Positions 9,634 through 18,252 of a DNA stretch of 60,053 nt are shown one piece after another (the first letter of the stretch is position 1; every line of letters starts with the position of its first letter). This DNA is from a virus. Its lineage: Duplodnaviria; Caudoviricetes. The notes beneath the pieces were generated by a model. The model was not told the origin of the DNA, made no database searches, and worked only from the letters and a program-made list of their open reading frames with translations. Location: positions 1 through 60,053 of IMG/VR virus record IMGVR_UViG_3300005239_000048. The stretch is one strand, 5' to 3'. The translations under genes were made by a program, and so were the position numbers.

Positions 9634-9838
9634 AGTCTAATTCTATTAGTTTAAATATATAATTCCAAGTTTCTAGCTCGCGCATCGCAGCGTCAAGACA
9701 TATTTCTAGCTCGTGCATAGTTACTACACCAGTATTTTTACGCTCAATGTCGTATTTTAGTTTACTCACTCTTATCTGTAGAGCATGTATTTTAGCAAAA
9801 GCTTTGTTATGAGCTTTTTCTTTAATCATTTCCTTCAT
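9575..9838 (-). CDS. Hypothetical protein
   Basis: ORF track 9575-9859; the internal ATG (MKEMIKE) is the more likely start. Confidence 0.5.
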   Translation of the reverse strand: MKEMIKEKAHNKAFAKIHALQIRVSKLKYDIERKNTGVVTMHELEICLDAAMRELETWNYIFKLIELDYGKYNYADEILGSRGNYDA

Positions 9839-10076
9839 AGTTGTCGAATATTTCTTCACCCCAAATAAATTGTATACCAGTTTGGTCTACATAGTTAATT
9901 CCAGAAAATAAATGAATTGTTCTCATGTCATCAATAGTTAGATTGCCTACAAAGTGATTGCTTTTAAGTTTAGCTATAACAGGTCTAATGCTTGAGCTAT
10001 ATTTAGACTCGTCTTGCTTTAGTCTAGTTTTAACTTTAGGCTTTAGTTTATCGTAAAGTGTTGGTATTTTAGTCAT
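9822..10076 (-). CDS. Hypothetical protein
   Basis: ORF track; A-rich leader. Confidence 0.6.
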   Translation of the reverse strand: MTKIPTLYDKLKPKVKTRLKQDESKYSSSIRPVIAKLKSNHFVGNLTIDDMRTIHLFSGINYVDQTGIQFIWGEEIFDNYEGND

Positions 10077-10173
10077 ACATTTTATTTTAATTTAATAAAA
10101 ATTTTAACAATAAGCGATAAACAAGGTACCGCTACTATCAATCATATTTAGTTTTGATTTCATAATGTTAATT

Positions 10174-10283
10174 TAGTGGACGTGGCAGGAATCGAACCTG
10201 CGTTACTATTTAACATCTGCTTTGTACCTTTAACATTGCAATATTAGGTGCAAGTAGTTTAATAGTCTAGCCATTTCACGCCC
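10174..10283 (-). ncRNA. 110-nt tmRNA-TLD/tRNA-Ala-like RNA
   Basis: 7-bp acceptor GGGCGTG/CACGTCC with G3-U70 and A73; stemless D region AAATGGCTAG; helix ACTATT/AATAGT; T arm GCAGG-TTCGATT-CCTGC; 3' end ACTA, not ACCA. Confidence 0.65.
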
Positions 10284-10382
10284 ATAAGGCAGCAGTTACG
10301 GACTGGTAGTTAACTAGTATTGTCATTTATCCGCTCTTTCTGTTTTGGCTAATTGAGCCTAACGTGACCAGTATGCCGCCGC

Positions 10383-10571
10383 CTATTTACGCCGCCAAGA
10401 CCTGTGCACTGACGCACTTACTTCTTGACTGACGATTTGTATTGTATTACCGGTTTTATGCTCAATAATTGGTACATAACTGTACGTTTGGGTTGTTGAG
10501 CAATTAACACAGGTTTTGTAGCCCATATCTAATCGCAACCGTGGTATATTTGTTCCGCATCTACAATACAT
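10383..10571 (-). CDS. Small Zn-finger protein (DksA/TraR C4-like)
   Basis: CRCG..IP..RL......CVNC pattern. Confidence 0.6.
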   Translation of the reverse strand: MYCRCGTNIPRLRLDMGYKTCVNCSTTQTYSYVPIIEHKTGNTIQIVSQEVSASVHRSWRRK

Positions 10572-10589
10572 AATTTGTTTATTTTAATA

Positions 10590-10622
10590 TATTATCCAGC
10601 TTGGTTCGTATTTTGTTTGTAA
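10590..10622 (-). promoter_or_regulatory. Class I promoter-like repeat, copy 2
   Basis: TTACAAACAAAATACGA-N8-GGATAATA upstream of ATG 10571. Confidence 0.75.
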
Positions 10623-10786
10623 AGAAGCTCAATTGCTTTACTCATTACATAGCTATGTAGCTCATTAAACTCGTCACCATCAACAGGTTGGTCAGCGATT
10701 TGCCACTCAATACTATCGTACATTATTTCTTTAGTCATATCCGCAACACCTTGTGCTATATCGTCTATTTCTTTCATTTTACTCAT
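10592..10786 (-). CDS. Hypothetical protein
   Basis: ORF track. Confidence 0.55.
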   Translation of the reverse strand: MSKMKEIDDIAQGVADMTKEIMYDSIEWQIADQPVDGDEFNELHSYVMSKAIELLYKQNTNQAG

Positions 10787-11108
10787 TTATTTATCTTTTA
10801 TGTAAGTAAAGCTAGTTGATAGCCAAAGTTAATAGCCATTTGCATTAATAAAAAGTCGTTGCTTCCATTGTTCGCGTTGGCAAACAACTCTAACCTATCT
10901 CTGTCTCCAGGCGTCGCTACAATACCTCGATCGAGTTTATTTAGTTCGTTTTCAATATATTCTTTCATTTTATTTAAATTTAGCTGCTACAGTGTTCTCA
11001 TTTTTTAAGTATTCTTCTGTTGTTATCCATTTGCCTATATCAGACACGAATACCATTCCGTCTCTGAATATAAGTCCATTAAAGTTGCCTGGTTCTAAAA
11101 ATTCCATA

Positions 11109-11300
11109 TTAAAATTTATTTATAGTGTTATCAGAGTGAGACATCCACTCAATATTGTTTAATCTGTAGCCTTCGCTTGTGATAAACTCTTCAAAATCTT
11201 CAGTTTGCCAATGTGCAAGCGTGGTTTTATCGAAGTGGTCGGCTAAATTATACTGGTCAACCGAGCCATTTGCAAAGTCTAGTATTGTTATATAGTACAT
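11109..11300 (-). CDS. Hypothetical protein (MYYITILDF...)
   Basis: Likely internal ATG of ORF 11109-11354. Confidence 0.5.
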   Translation of the reverse strand: MYYITILDFANGSVDQYNLADHFDKTTLAHWQTEDFEEFITSEGYRLNNIEWMSHSDNTINKF

Positions 11301-11545
11301 TTCTTGATTTGTTTTAGCTGTTCGACCGAGTATTCTTTGCTTGTTTCGCGCCACATAGCGTGGTGAGTGAACTTTCTAACTTTTGGGAAGCTAGATTTCT
11401 GACTGTGTACAATACGAGTGTATTCTTTGTCAGTTAGTCCACTGCACCTGCCTTCGTGGGCGAACTTACGTCTATGCACCGCAGCTCGCTGTTTTCTCAT
11501 AAGCGTAGAGTATTCGCATAGCTCTTTCATAGTCATTACGCCCAT
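11288..11545 (-). CDS. Hypothetical basic protein
   Basis: ORF track. Confidence 0.5.
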   Translation of the reverse strand: MGVMTMKELCEYSTLMRKQRAAVHRRKFAHEGRCSGLTDKEYTRIVHSQKSSFPKVRKFTHHAMWRETSKEYSVEQLKQIKKCTI

Positions 11546-11739
11546 GGGTTATCTGATTTAGGTACGTAGGTTAAACCTTTGTAGTTAAACCACTGGTAAA
11601 TACCTTCTTGGATATCGCCATCACCTGTTAGCCTTTGTTTGAAGCCAAATGATGGAGGTAGATTACCTACATTGTAAGGCTTGTAAATTTCGCCGTTAAG
11701 CTTGATTGTCTTGTTAGACAAGAATTTAATTGATTGCAT
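11536..11739 (-). CDS. Hypothetical early protein
   Basis: Directly downstream of promoter copy 3. Confidence 0.65.
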   Translation of the reverse strand: MQSIKFLSNKTIKLNGEIYKPYNVGNLPPSFGFKQRLTGDGDIQEGIYQWFNYKGLTYVPKSDNPWA

Positions 11740-11757
11740 AGTTGTAATTGTTTATTA

Positions 11758-11788
11758 TATTATCCAGTAAGCGTCGTATTTATTGTAA
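11758..11788 (-). promoter_or_regulatory. Class I promoter-like repeat, copy 3 (2 nt shorter)
   Basis: TTACAATAAATACGA-N8-GGATAATA. Confidence 0.65.
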
Positions 11789-11898
11789 TAATTTTGTTGC
11801 CACTGTGGAATACTGAGTTATAACGCTCATACCATTCGCGCTCAATTGTTTCGATTTGCGCTCGGGTTAGTTTTAAAATGGTTTTGCCAGTTCTTTTT

Positions 11899-12096
11899 CT
11901 AGTATTCTTCATTGATTTGAGTTTTATTTATTAAGTCCACCATTAAATCTTGATGAGTTTCACCGTCTTCTAAGTCACACTCGTACTTGACAAACTCTTC
12001 TATCTTACGATAGTAGTCGTTTTCGTTTATAGCATATAGCTCTTTGAAGTACTCAATAGTGTCAGAGTTCCAATGGAAGTTAGTTTGATTTTGCAT
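11899..12096 (-). CDS. Hypothetical acidic protein
   Basis: ORF track. Confidence 0.55.
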   Translation of the reverse strand: MQNQTNFHWNSDTIEYFKELYAINENDYYRKIEEFVKYECDLEDGETHQDLMVDLINKTQINEEY

Positions 12097-12276
12097 AGTT
12101 TATTTGTTAGCGTTTATTAACAACTGTCTTTCTCGCATAGCTTTAAACGTATCACCTATCAGTTCGCAGAACTGTTCGCTTGTAAGACCAGCTATGTAGC
12201 TAGTATTGTAGCGATCGTTTGCTAATTTGTGTAAGTGGTCGTAGTAGTTAATACGTTTCATATTAGTTGTTTATTA

Positions 12277-12309
12277 TATTATCCAAAGAGTTTCGTATTT
12301 TATCTGTAA
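12277..12309 (-). promoter_or_regulatory. Class I promoter-like repeat, copy 4
   Basis: TTACAGATAAAATACGA-N8-GGATAATA upstream of ATG 12261 (MKRINYYD). Confidence 0.75.
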
Positions 12310-12726
12310 ACGAACTCCTCGTCATAGTCCGTGATAGGACCGAAGATAAACCTCAGATAATGCTAGTGAAGTCAGTGATACTACAGTTGCATAAGTGATA
12401 ACCATAATAGCTTTGTGAGTAAACTTTCTCATTTGTTTGTTGATTTATAGTAGTTAATACGTTCTAAGACTTCTTGTCTTTCTATTTTTCTTTCGAGTTG
12501 TTGTAGTATGTCGCTTGACATATCTATCTGTTTGCCATTAGGGCAAGTTAGTATATATTGCATAGTTAATTATTTTAATTTGATTTATCTTTTAACTTTT
12601 CTAGTTCAGTTATTTCATTGTACACTTCACGGTATTGAAACCACCTGTCGTTGTCTGAAGAAAATCTAGTTTGTTATACAGTTTTTGTATTTTATTAGTA
12701 ATAGTCATAATTTTAATTTTTAAGTC

Positions 12727-12804
12727 AGAAGACACTAGCGGAATCGAACCGCCTCACAAAGTAGAGCTCACATAGTCAAAATGCAGAGTGAAACCATTAT
12801 GTCT
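12727..12804 (-). ncRNA. Degenerate tRNA-like RNA (Ser-UGA-like loop, variable arm, reduced D arm)
   Basis: Acceptor AGACAT/GTGTCT; AATGG; hairpin CTCTGCAT-TTTGACT-ATGTGAG; T arm GGCGG-TTCGATT-CCGCT. Confidence 0.5.
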
Positions 12805-13167
12805 AGTTATCGCATGCTCGTATTATTTTATGTCGCTAAGGCGATAGCTCAACTACGACATTAGTTATACTGAATTTAAGCAGTTTGTTTCAAGTTATAG
12901 TACTTCAGTATTTTGAAGTGCTTTGGAATTGAAGTGGAAGAAGTATAAGAGTTATACTTTAGCCAGCAAGACAAGTGGTCAAGATTTCAGACATTAGCTC
13001 ATAAGCTTTATCGTGATTGTATTTGAAAGTTTTGCCATTTTGAATGTAACTTCAATGATAGAGTTTTGACCGATTAGAGATTTTCTGATGACAAATCTTT
13101 TTGATTGAATTGAATTTTGCATAGTGTTTATATTTAAGTATTTATATTTGTTATTTAGTATTTATAT

Positions 13168-13200
13168 TATTATCCAGTTTAGTTCGTATTTTGTTTGTAA
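13168..13200 (-). promoter_or_regulatory. Class I promoter-like repeat, copy 5
   Basis: TTACAAACAAAATACGA-N8-GGATAATA. Confidence 0.75.
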
Positions 13201-13266
13201 AGAGTGTAGTTTTATTTGTTGTTTAATTTTAGTTAGTAGTTATTACACTACACTTCTTTGTGTATA

Positions 13267-13503
13267 TTATATTATTATATAATTTAAATCTAATTCGTCA
13301 GAGTGAATTGTGTAGTTAATATTGTTAGTATTAAGTTGTTTGATTGTTTCTGGAAAACATTCAATTGTGAATTCAAATAGAATATATGTATTGTTTTTGA
13401 ATTGGTTAGAGTCTATATTGTTTTCAGAGAAGAATTCAGTTGCGTCGTCAATATAGTGTATTTCATCATTTGGAAGTATTGATTGTAGTTTAGAATAATT
13501 CAT
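13267..13503 (-). CDS. Hypothetical early protein (MNYSKLQ...)
   Basis: Internal ATG of ORF 13267-13527, downstream of promoter copy 6. Confidence 0.55.
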   Translation of the reverse strand: MNYSKLQSILPNDEIHYIDDATEFFSENNIDSNQFKNNTYILFEFTIECFPETIKQLNTNNINYTIHSDELDLNYIII

Positions 13504-13530
13504 TTGTTTTAGTATTTTTAGATTCATTAT

Positions 13531-13563
13531 TATTATCCAATGTAGTTCGTATTTTGTTTGTAA
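13531..13563 (-). promoter_or_regulatory. Class I promoter-like repeat, copy 6
   Basis: TTACAAACAAAATACGA-N8-GGATAATA. Confidence 0.75.
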
Positions 13564-13737
13564 TTATAATTTATTTATTAATTCGTCGAGCGTAATTTGC
13601 AAGCTAGTTTTAGTAACGTTACCGTTTAGATATTGGTTTAGTTCGTCGATAGTAGCTAGTATTTCGATTTTAGTATTAGAATTAATTTGCATAGTAAATT
13701 ATTTTTAGTTAGTTAGTAGCTTAATTGCTTACGTATA

Positions 13738-13770
13738 TATTATCCAAACGTACTCGTATTTTGTCTGTAA
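13738..13770 (-). promoter_or_regulatory. Class I promoter-like repeat, copy 7
   Basis: TTACAGACAAAATACGA-N8-GGATAATA; first element of the leftward arm. Confidence 0.75.
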
Positions 13771-13975
13771 AAATAAAATTAGTTAGTTAGCTTCCGCTGG
13801 AAAAATTCAAAACATTCTACGTAACTGGCTGATTTTCTGGTATATATATGTAAAAACGTAGGAAAAATTGAGGGGCCCGGTGAAATAAAAACCGTTTTTG
13901 TAACAGACTGATTATCAATAACATAGGGGGTAGCACTATACCCCTATATTTGTAATATAATTTTTCAAGAGAGGG

Positions 13976-14019
13976 TGACATTAGGGTTATAAGTATATAG
14001 AGTAAGGGGCTATTGTCAC
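13976..14019. promoter_or_regulatory. Bipartite operator-like site, copy 2
   Basis: TGACATTAG-N20-AGGGGCTATTGTCAC; ends GTGACA/TGTCAC are inverted. Confidence 0.5.
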
Positions 14020-14033
14020 TATATAAGTAGTTT

Positions 14034-14062
14034 GTAAACTATCGCTTTTACCTGTAAGTATA
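14034..14062 (+). promoter_or_regulatory. Putative class II promoter GTAAA-N15-GTAAGTATA
   Basis: Upstream of the first structural gene; matches 4736-4764 and 21266-21294. Confidence 0.55.
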
Positions 14063-14087
14063 TAACCTATAAAAGAATTTAGAAAAT

Positions 14088-15503
14088 ATGGCAATAATTT
14101 ATAGCTATCCAATAGCTACACCACAGGGTACGGATTTACTTATAATATCCAGAACTCCAACAGTTACAGGCGAGATATCTAATTATAGCGTTGACATGAG
14201 TTCTGTAGCTGATTATGTTATAGACAAAGCATTTAATGGTACGGACAGGTATATACCTAGGTTTGACGGTACTAGCTCTTTGGTTAACTCTGTTATTTAC
14301 CAAGACACTGACGGGCACGTAGGTGTGGGAGTTGTTGGTAGTCCTCCAAACCCAGTACACAAGTTTGAAGTGTTTGATTTGAGAAACGAAAACACTTCCT
14401 CTGACTACTCTTCAGTAGTGACAACGCATGTCAATGCACCTTTCACTGGAGGTGGCGGTGGTATTCTATCTAGACTATCTGTTGATAGTGGCGCCACGTA
14501 CGTAGGTCAAATAAGTCTTGTACCAGGCACTAATTCGAATGACGTTATGTCTAATACAAAATTAGCTATATACGCTAACTCAAACATGGACACGAGTTCT
14601 GCATCTAATTTAGCTGGTACTGTAACACATGATGGCACTAACGCGCATTGGATATTAGGCGGATCTTTTGGAGATACTACCACAGCAACGCTTAAAGTAA
14701 ATGGCAGCCTTCACGTAGAAGCAGCTACCGGTACAAATAACCCTAACGACTTCGTTCAGATAGTGGGAGATGTAGGTGCAAAAACTTCTTTAAGTTTGTT
14801 GAGTGGAGATAATGCATTGTCGGTAAAACCTAATTCAGGTACAGACACAAAATTTACTGTAAACCGAGATAGTGGTACTGATATTATACTTCAAGCATCA
14901 AATACAGCAGGGACAGTTGCTAACGACATAAAGATTAACCCGTTTGGTGGCGATTTATTTGTAGGACAAAAACCAGCTGCCGAAACTTTTAGTAATGGTG
15001 GTTCAATTAAGTTTGACGTAGGCGATTATGGAGGCACTTCACGTATAGTTACTTTACAATCAAAAGCATCATCAGAAGACGGAGGAGGTTTTCAGTTCAA
15101 ATCTAATAACCTAACTTTGTTTGAAATTTTGCCAGATGATAACGGCAACGTTACTTATAACTTTGGTTCGGCAGACTCATTTACAGTTAATGCACAAAGT
15201 AACTTAACTTTAACTGGAGATAATAGTGTTACTATCAGCAGCAATTCAGACGAAACTTTTTTATTAAAAGAGTCTGGTACAACATTTCTACAAACAAATG
15301 TAAACCAATTTAGTAATGACGGAATTCCGTAGTTGTGACAACTACAAGTTTGAAAATAGATAGGATTTGGTATTGCTGCATTAAGTACACCTGCCTCGTC
15401 AAGCGCAACGGGAACAACAGGAGAAATAAGAATAGATGCTAATTACATATATGTCTGCACAGCAACAAACACTTGGAAAAGAACACAAATAAACACTTGG
15501 TAA
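14088..15503 (+). CDS. Tail fibre/spike protein (two compensating indels at ~15325 and ~15367)
   Basis: G/S/T-rich; GHVGVG repeat; the C-terminal STPASSSATGTTGEIRIDANYIYVCTATNTWKR* resumes after the ORF-track stop at 15332. Confidence 0.65.
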
Positions 15504-15504
15504 A

Positions 15505-15816
15505 ATGAATACATACACTTGGGAAATACAAGTATTTAAAGTCAAAAGAAACGAAGGCGAATTAGTAAACGTTGTATATCAAATACAATTTCTATATAGA
15601 GCAACAGACGGAGAGTTTAAAACGTTTGTTCAAGATATGGCTACTATTGGAAGTCCAGACGAAGAAAATTACACGGAGTACGAAAATTTAACACAAGATC
15701 AAGTAATTGGTTGGTTAGAAAATAGCGTTGATGTTGATGCGTTAAAAAGTTTCGTTGACAGTAAACTATTAAAAGTTCGTGCTAATAATAGCAAGACATT
15801 AAGACCGCCGTTCTAA
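15505..15816 (+). CDS. Small fibre-associated protein, paralog of 20924-21265
   Basis: Shared TY.W...VVY...Y/FE.LT...V..W pattern; follows a fibre gene. Confidence 0.6.
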   Translation: MNTYTWEIQVFKVKRNEGELVNVVYQIQFLYRATDGEFKTFVQDMATIGSPDEENYTEYENLTQDQVIGWLENSVDVDALKSFVDSKLLKVRANNSKTLRPPF

Positions 15817-15873
15817 TGTTATTTAACGAAACATTTGATCTATCTGCTACTGCGTTGTAAAAATAAATAAAAC

Positions 15874-16569
15874 ATGCCAATAATATCATCGTATAAATTA
15901 AACAATACGCCAGAAGAATCTGACATACTTATTGGTACTGATGTTTCTAACGGACAGACAAAAAATTTTAACATAGCATCGTTATCAGTAACGTCTATAA
16001 ATAGTTTTTTAAAACATACTACTTGGCAGTTTATAACACTTGATCCAGATCCAGACCCAAGACCGGAGGGTACTATATCTTTTGAAAACTATGGAGGGCA
16101 ATCAACTCTGTGGTCAGCTATAAGTAGTTTATACATAAACGTTCAAATGCCAGCTACATCACCCGTGGCTTTACCGTACTTGCAAAGACTTATAGGTTAC
16201 GATATAGTAATACAAGATGTAAGATCATTAGGAAGGTACGGCGTTTATAAGTTAACGGCATTAACACCTGTTGGCGCATCTGTGTATAACATGGAGCTTA
16301 CCTACGTATCAGGTAGTTCAACAATACAAGCACTTCAATATTATTCAATTCAAATAGACGAGGTAGAAGGGTTTGACTCTCATTTTGAATTTACACAAGG
16401 AGTTCCATCAACAACATGGGATATAACGCATAATTTAAACAAATTTCCTTCTATATCAGTTGTTGATACCGCGAATACAACTGTAATAGGTGATTACGAA
16501 TATATAAATAAAAATAGAGTAATATTAAATTTTTCTGCAGCATTCGCTGGAAAAGCATTTTTAAACTAA
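15874..16569 (+). CDS. Structural/tail-associated protein
   Basis: C-terminal TWDITHNLNKFPSISVVD...F..AFAGKAFLN fibre-type domain. Confidence 0.6.
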   Translation: MPIISSYKLNNTPEESDILIGTDVSNGQTKNFNIASLSVTSINSFLKHTTWQFITLDPDPDPRPEGTISFENYGGQSTLWSAISSLYINVQMPATSPVALPYLQRLIGYDIVIQDVRSLGRYGVYKLTALTPVGASVYNMELTYVSGSSTIQALQYYSIQIDEVEGFDSHFEFTQGVPSTTWDITHNLNKFPSISVVDTANTTVIGDYEYINKNRVILNFSAAFAGKAFLN

Positions 16570-16576
16570 AAAAACA

Positions 16577-18232
16577 ATGGCAATACAATTTGTAAACAAT
16601 GTAGATTTTAACTTAAACCAAGCACAGTCTATAGTAATAGAAAAACTAGGATCAGATCCCGCATCTGATTTAGTTGTAGGTAGAATAATATTTAACACAG
16701 CATCAGATACTTTAAAACAATACGTTGCTGACACTGGAAGCGGTAGTCCTGGTTGGGTTGAAGTAGGTGGTGGAGTAGAGTCTGTTGGTCTTTCAATGCC
16801 ATCCGCTTTCACAGTATCAAACTCTCCAGTAACAAGCACTGGTACTTTAACTGTAGTAGGCGCTGGCGCTACAAGTCAGTATATAGACGGAACAGGTGCG
16901 TTACAAACATTTCCAACTATACCAACAGTGCCTTCTAATATTGTAGAGACGATTGATACTACAAATGGTACCTATATTAATCTTACACCAACCACAGCAA
17001 CAGACGGGGATGTAACTATTACAGCAGACTTAAATGCGGTAGATGGCACAGCGGTAGCAGGTGAAAGATATTTAACTAAAACAAACAAATGGGCTACAGT
17101 AGCCTCTATTCCTGGAACTTACACATGGACTGTAGCTGGCGACGCCGGTAGCGAAGCTGTTGTCTCTGGAGATACTATAACTTTTGCTGGTGGAACAAAT
17201 ATAACAACAGAATACACGGCGGGTACAAATACACTAGATATAGATTTAGATGATAGTATTACTTTAGCTGGTACACTAACTGTAAACGGTACGGGCCAAT
17301 CAAGTTTCGGAGGCCAAGTAACAGTACCAACAACACCTAGCGCTGCAACTGACGCTGCTTCTAAATCTTATGTATTATCTCAAGTAGGTGGAGTTGGAGG
17401 TTTCCAAGGAGGATATAACGCAACTACAAATACACCAGCTTTAACAGGCGCGAGTAACGTCGCTTTAAATCAAGGCGATTTTTATGTGGTAACTACAGCG
17501 GGTACATTTTTTACCGAAAACGTAGAAGTTGGTGATTTTATATTTGCCAATTCTACTATCAATGCTAATTCTAGTCCTTCACTATCTGACTACACTGTTG
17601 TTATAGCAGATCAAAACGTAGCGGGTGAAGGAGCTACGGATGGCGCAACTCAAAAAGGTGTTGCTGGCTTTAACTCCGCTCACTTTAATGTTACAGCAAA
17701 CGGGTTTGTTTCTTCTGATATATACGCAGGAGGTTCTACACTAGGTATTGTACCAGCAGGAGGCGCTGGCACCACGTTCCTTCGAGGTGATGGTACTTGG
17801 GTAACGCCAACCGACAACGATGCTAAATATGCTTTAACAGCTGCTGCTAAAAGTGGTAGCAATGTTCCTCTTACACTTACAGGATCTGACGGTGGAGCTA
17901 CTACAACTGTAAACCTTACAGAAGGTTCAAACATAACACTTACTAGAAACAGTTCTGGTCAAATTACGATTGCTTCTACTGATACTGGAGCTTTAGGTGA
18001 TAGAGTTGCTTTAACAGGTGGTAGTCAAGCTGGTGGTTTAACCACATTTACATACGATGTCACTAACTCTTTTACAGGAGCTAACGCTATAGATGTTAAA
18101 TGTGAAGTTATATCTGCCGCGGGTGAAACAGTTTACGCAAGCGTTACAAGATCAGGTGCTAATTTAATCGTTGAATTTACAGGTTCAATATCTGACAGTG
18201 CTTACGAAGTATTACTTACATATGTAGGTTAA
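16577..18232 (+). CDS. Tail fibre protein
   Basis: T/G/S-rich; PSAATDAASKSYV, TTFLRGDGTW and LTEGSNITL repeat motifs. Confidence 0.7.
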   Translation: MAIQFVNNVDFNLNQAQSIVIEKLGSDPASDLVVGRIIFNTASDTLKQYVADTGSGSPGWVEVGGGVESVGLSMPSAFTVSNSPVTSTGTLTVVGAGATSQYIDGTGALQTFPTIPTVPSNIVETIDTTNGTYINLTPTTATDGDVTITADLNAVDGTAVAGERYLTKTNKWATVASIPGTYTWTVAGDAGSEAVVSGDTITFAGGTNITTEYTAGTNTLDIDLDDSITLAGTLTVNGTGQSSFGGQVTVPTTPSAATDAASKSYVLSQVGGVGGFQGGYNATTNTPALTGASNVALNQGDFYVVTTAGTFFTENVEVGDFIFANSTINANSSPSLSDYTVVIADQNVAGEGATDGATQKGVAGFNSAHFNVTANGFVSSDIYAGGSTLGIVPAGGAGTTFLRGDGTWVTPTDNDAKYALTAAAKSGSNVPLTLTGSDGGATTTVNLTEGSNITLTRNSSGQITIASTDTGALGDRVALTGGSQAGGLTTFTYDVTNSFTGANAIDVKCEVISAAGETVYASVTRSGANLIVEFTGSISDSAYEVLLTYVG

Positions 18233-18252
18233 TAATAAAATAATTAAATAAT

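Noticed and set aside
13199-13259. Inverted repeat AAGAGTGTAGT/ACTACACTTCTT as an ncRNA or mobile-element end
   Set aside because: Single copy, AT-rich ~35-nt loop and no transposase; at most an mRNA hairpin.
8305-13770. CRISPR array from the 33-nt repeats
   Set aside because: The copies are 200-2,300 nt apart, separated by genes, and have a variable internal N8; no cas genes are present.
15330-15360. Stop-codon reassignment or readthrough
   Set aside because: TAG and TGA are mixed, an alternative frame is open across the gap, and long genes translate cleanly in the standard code.
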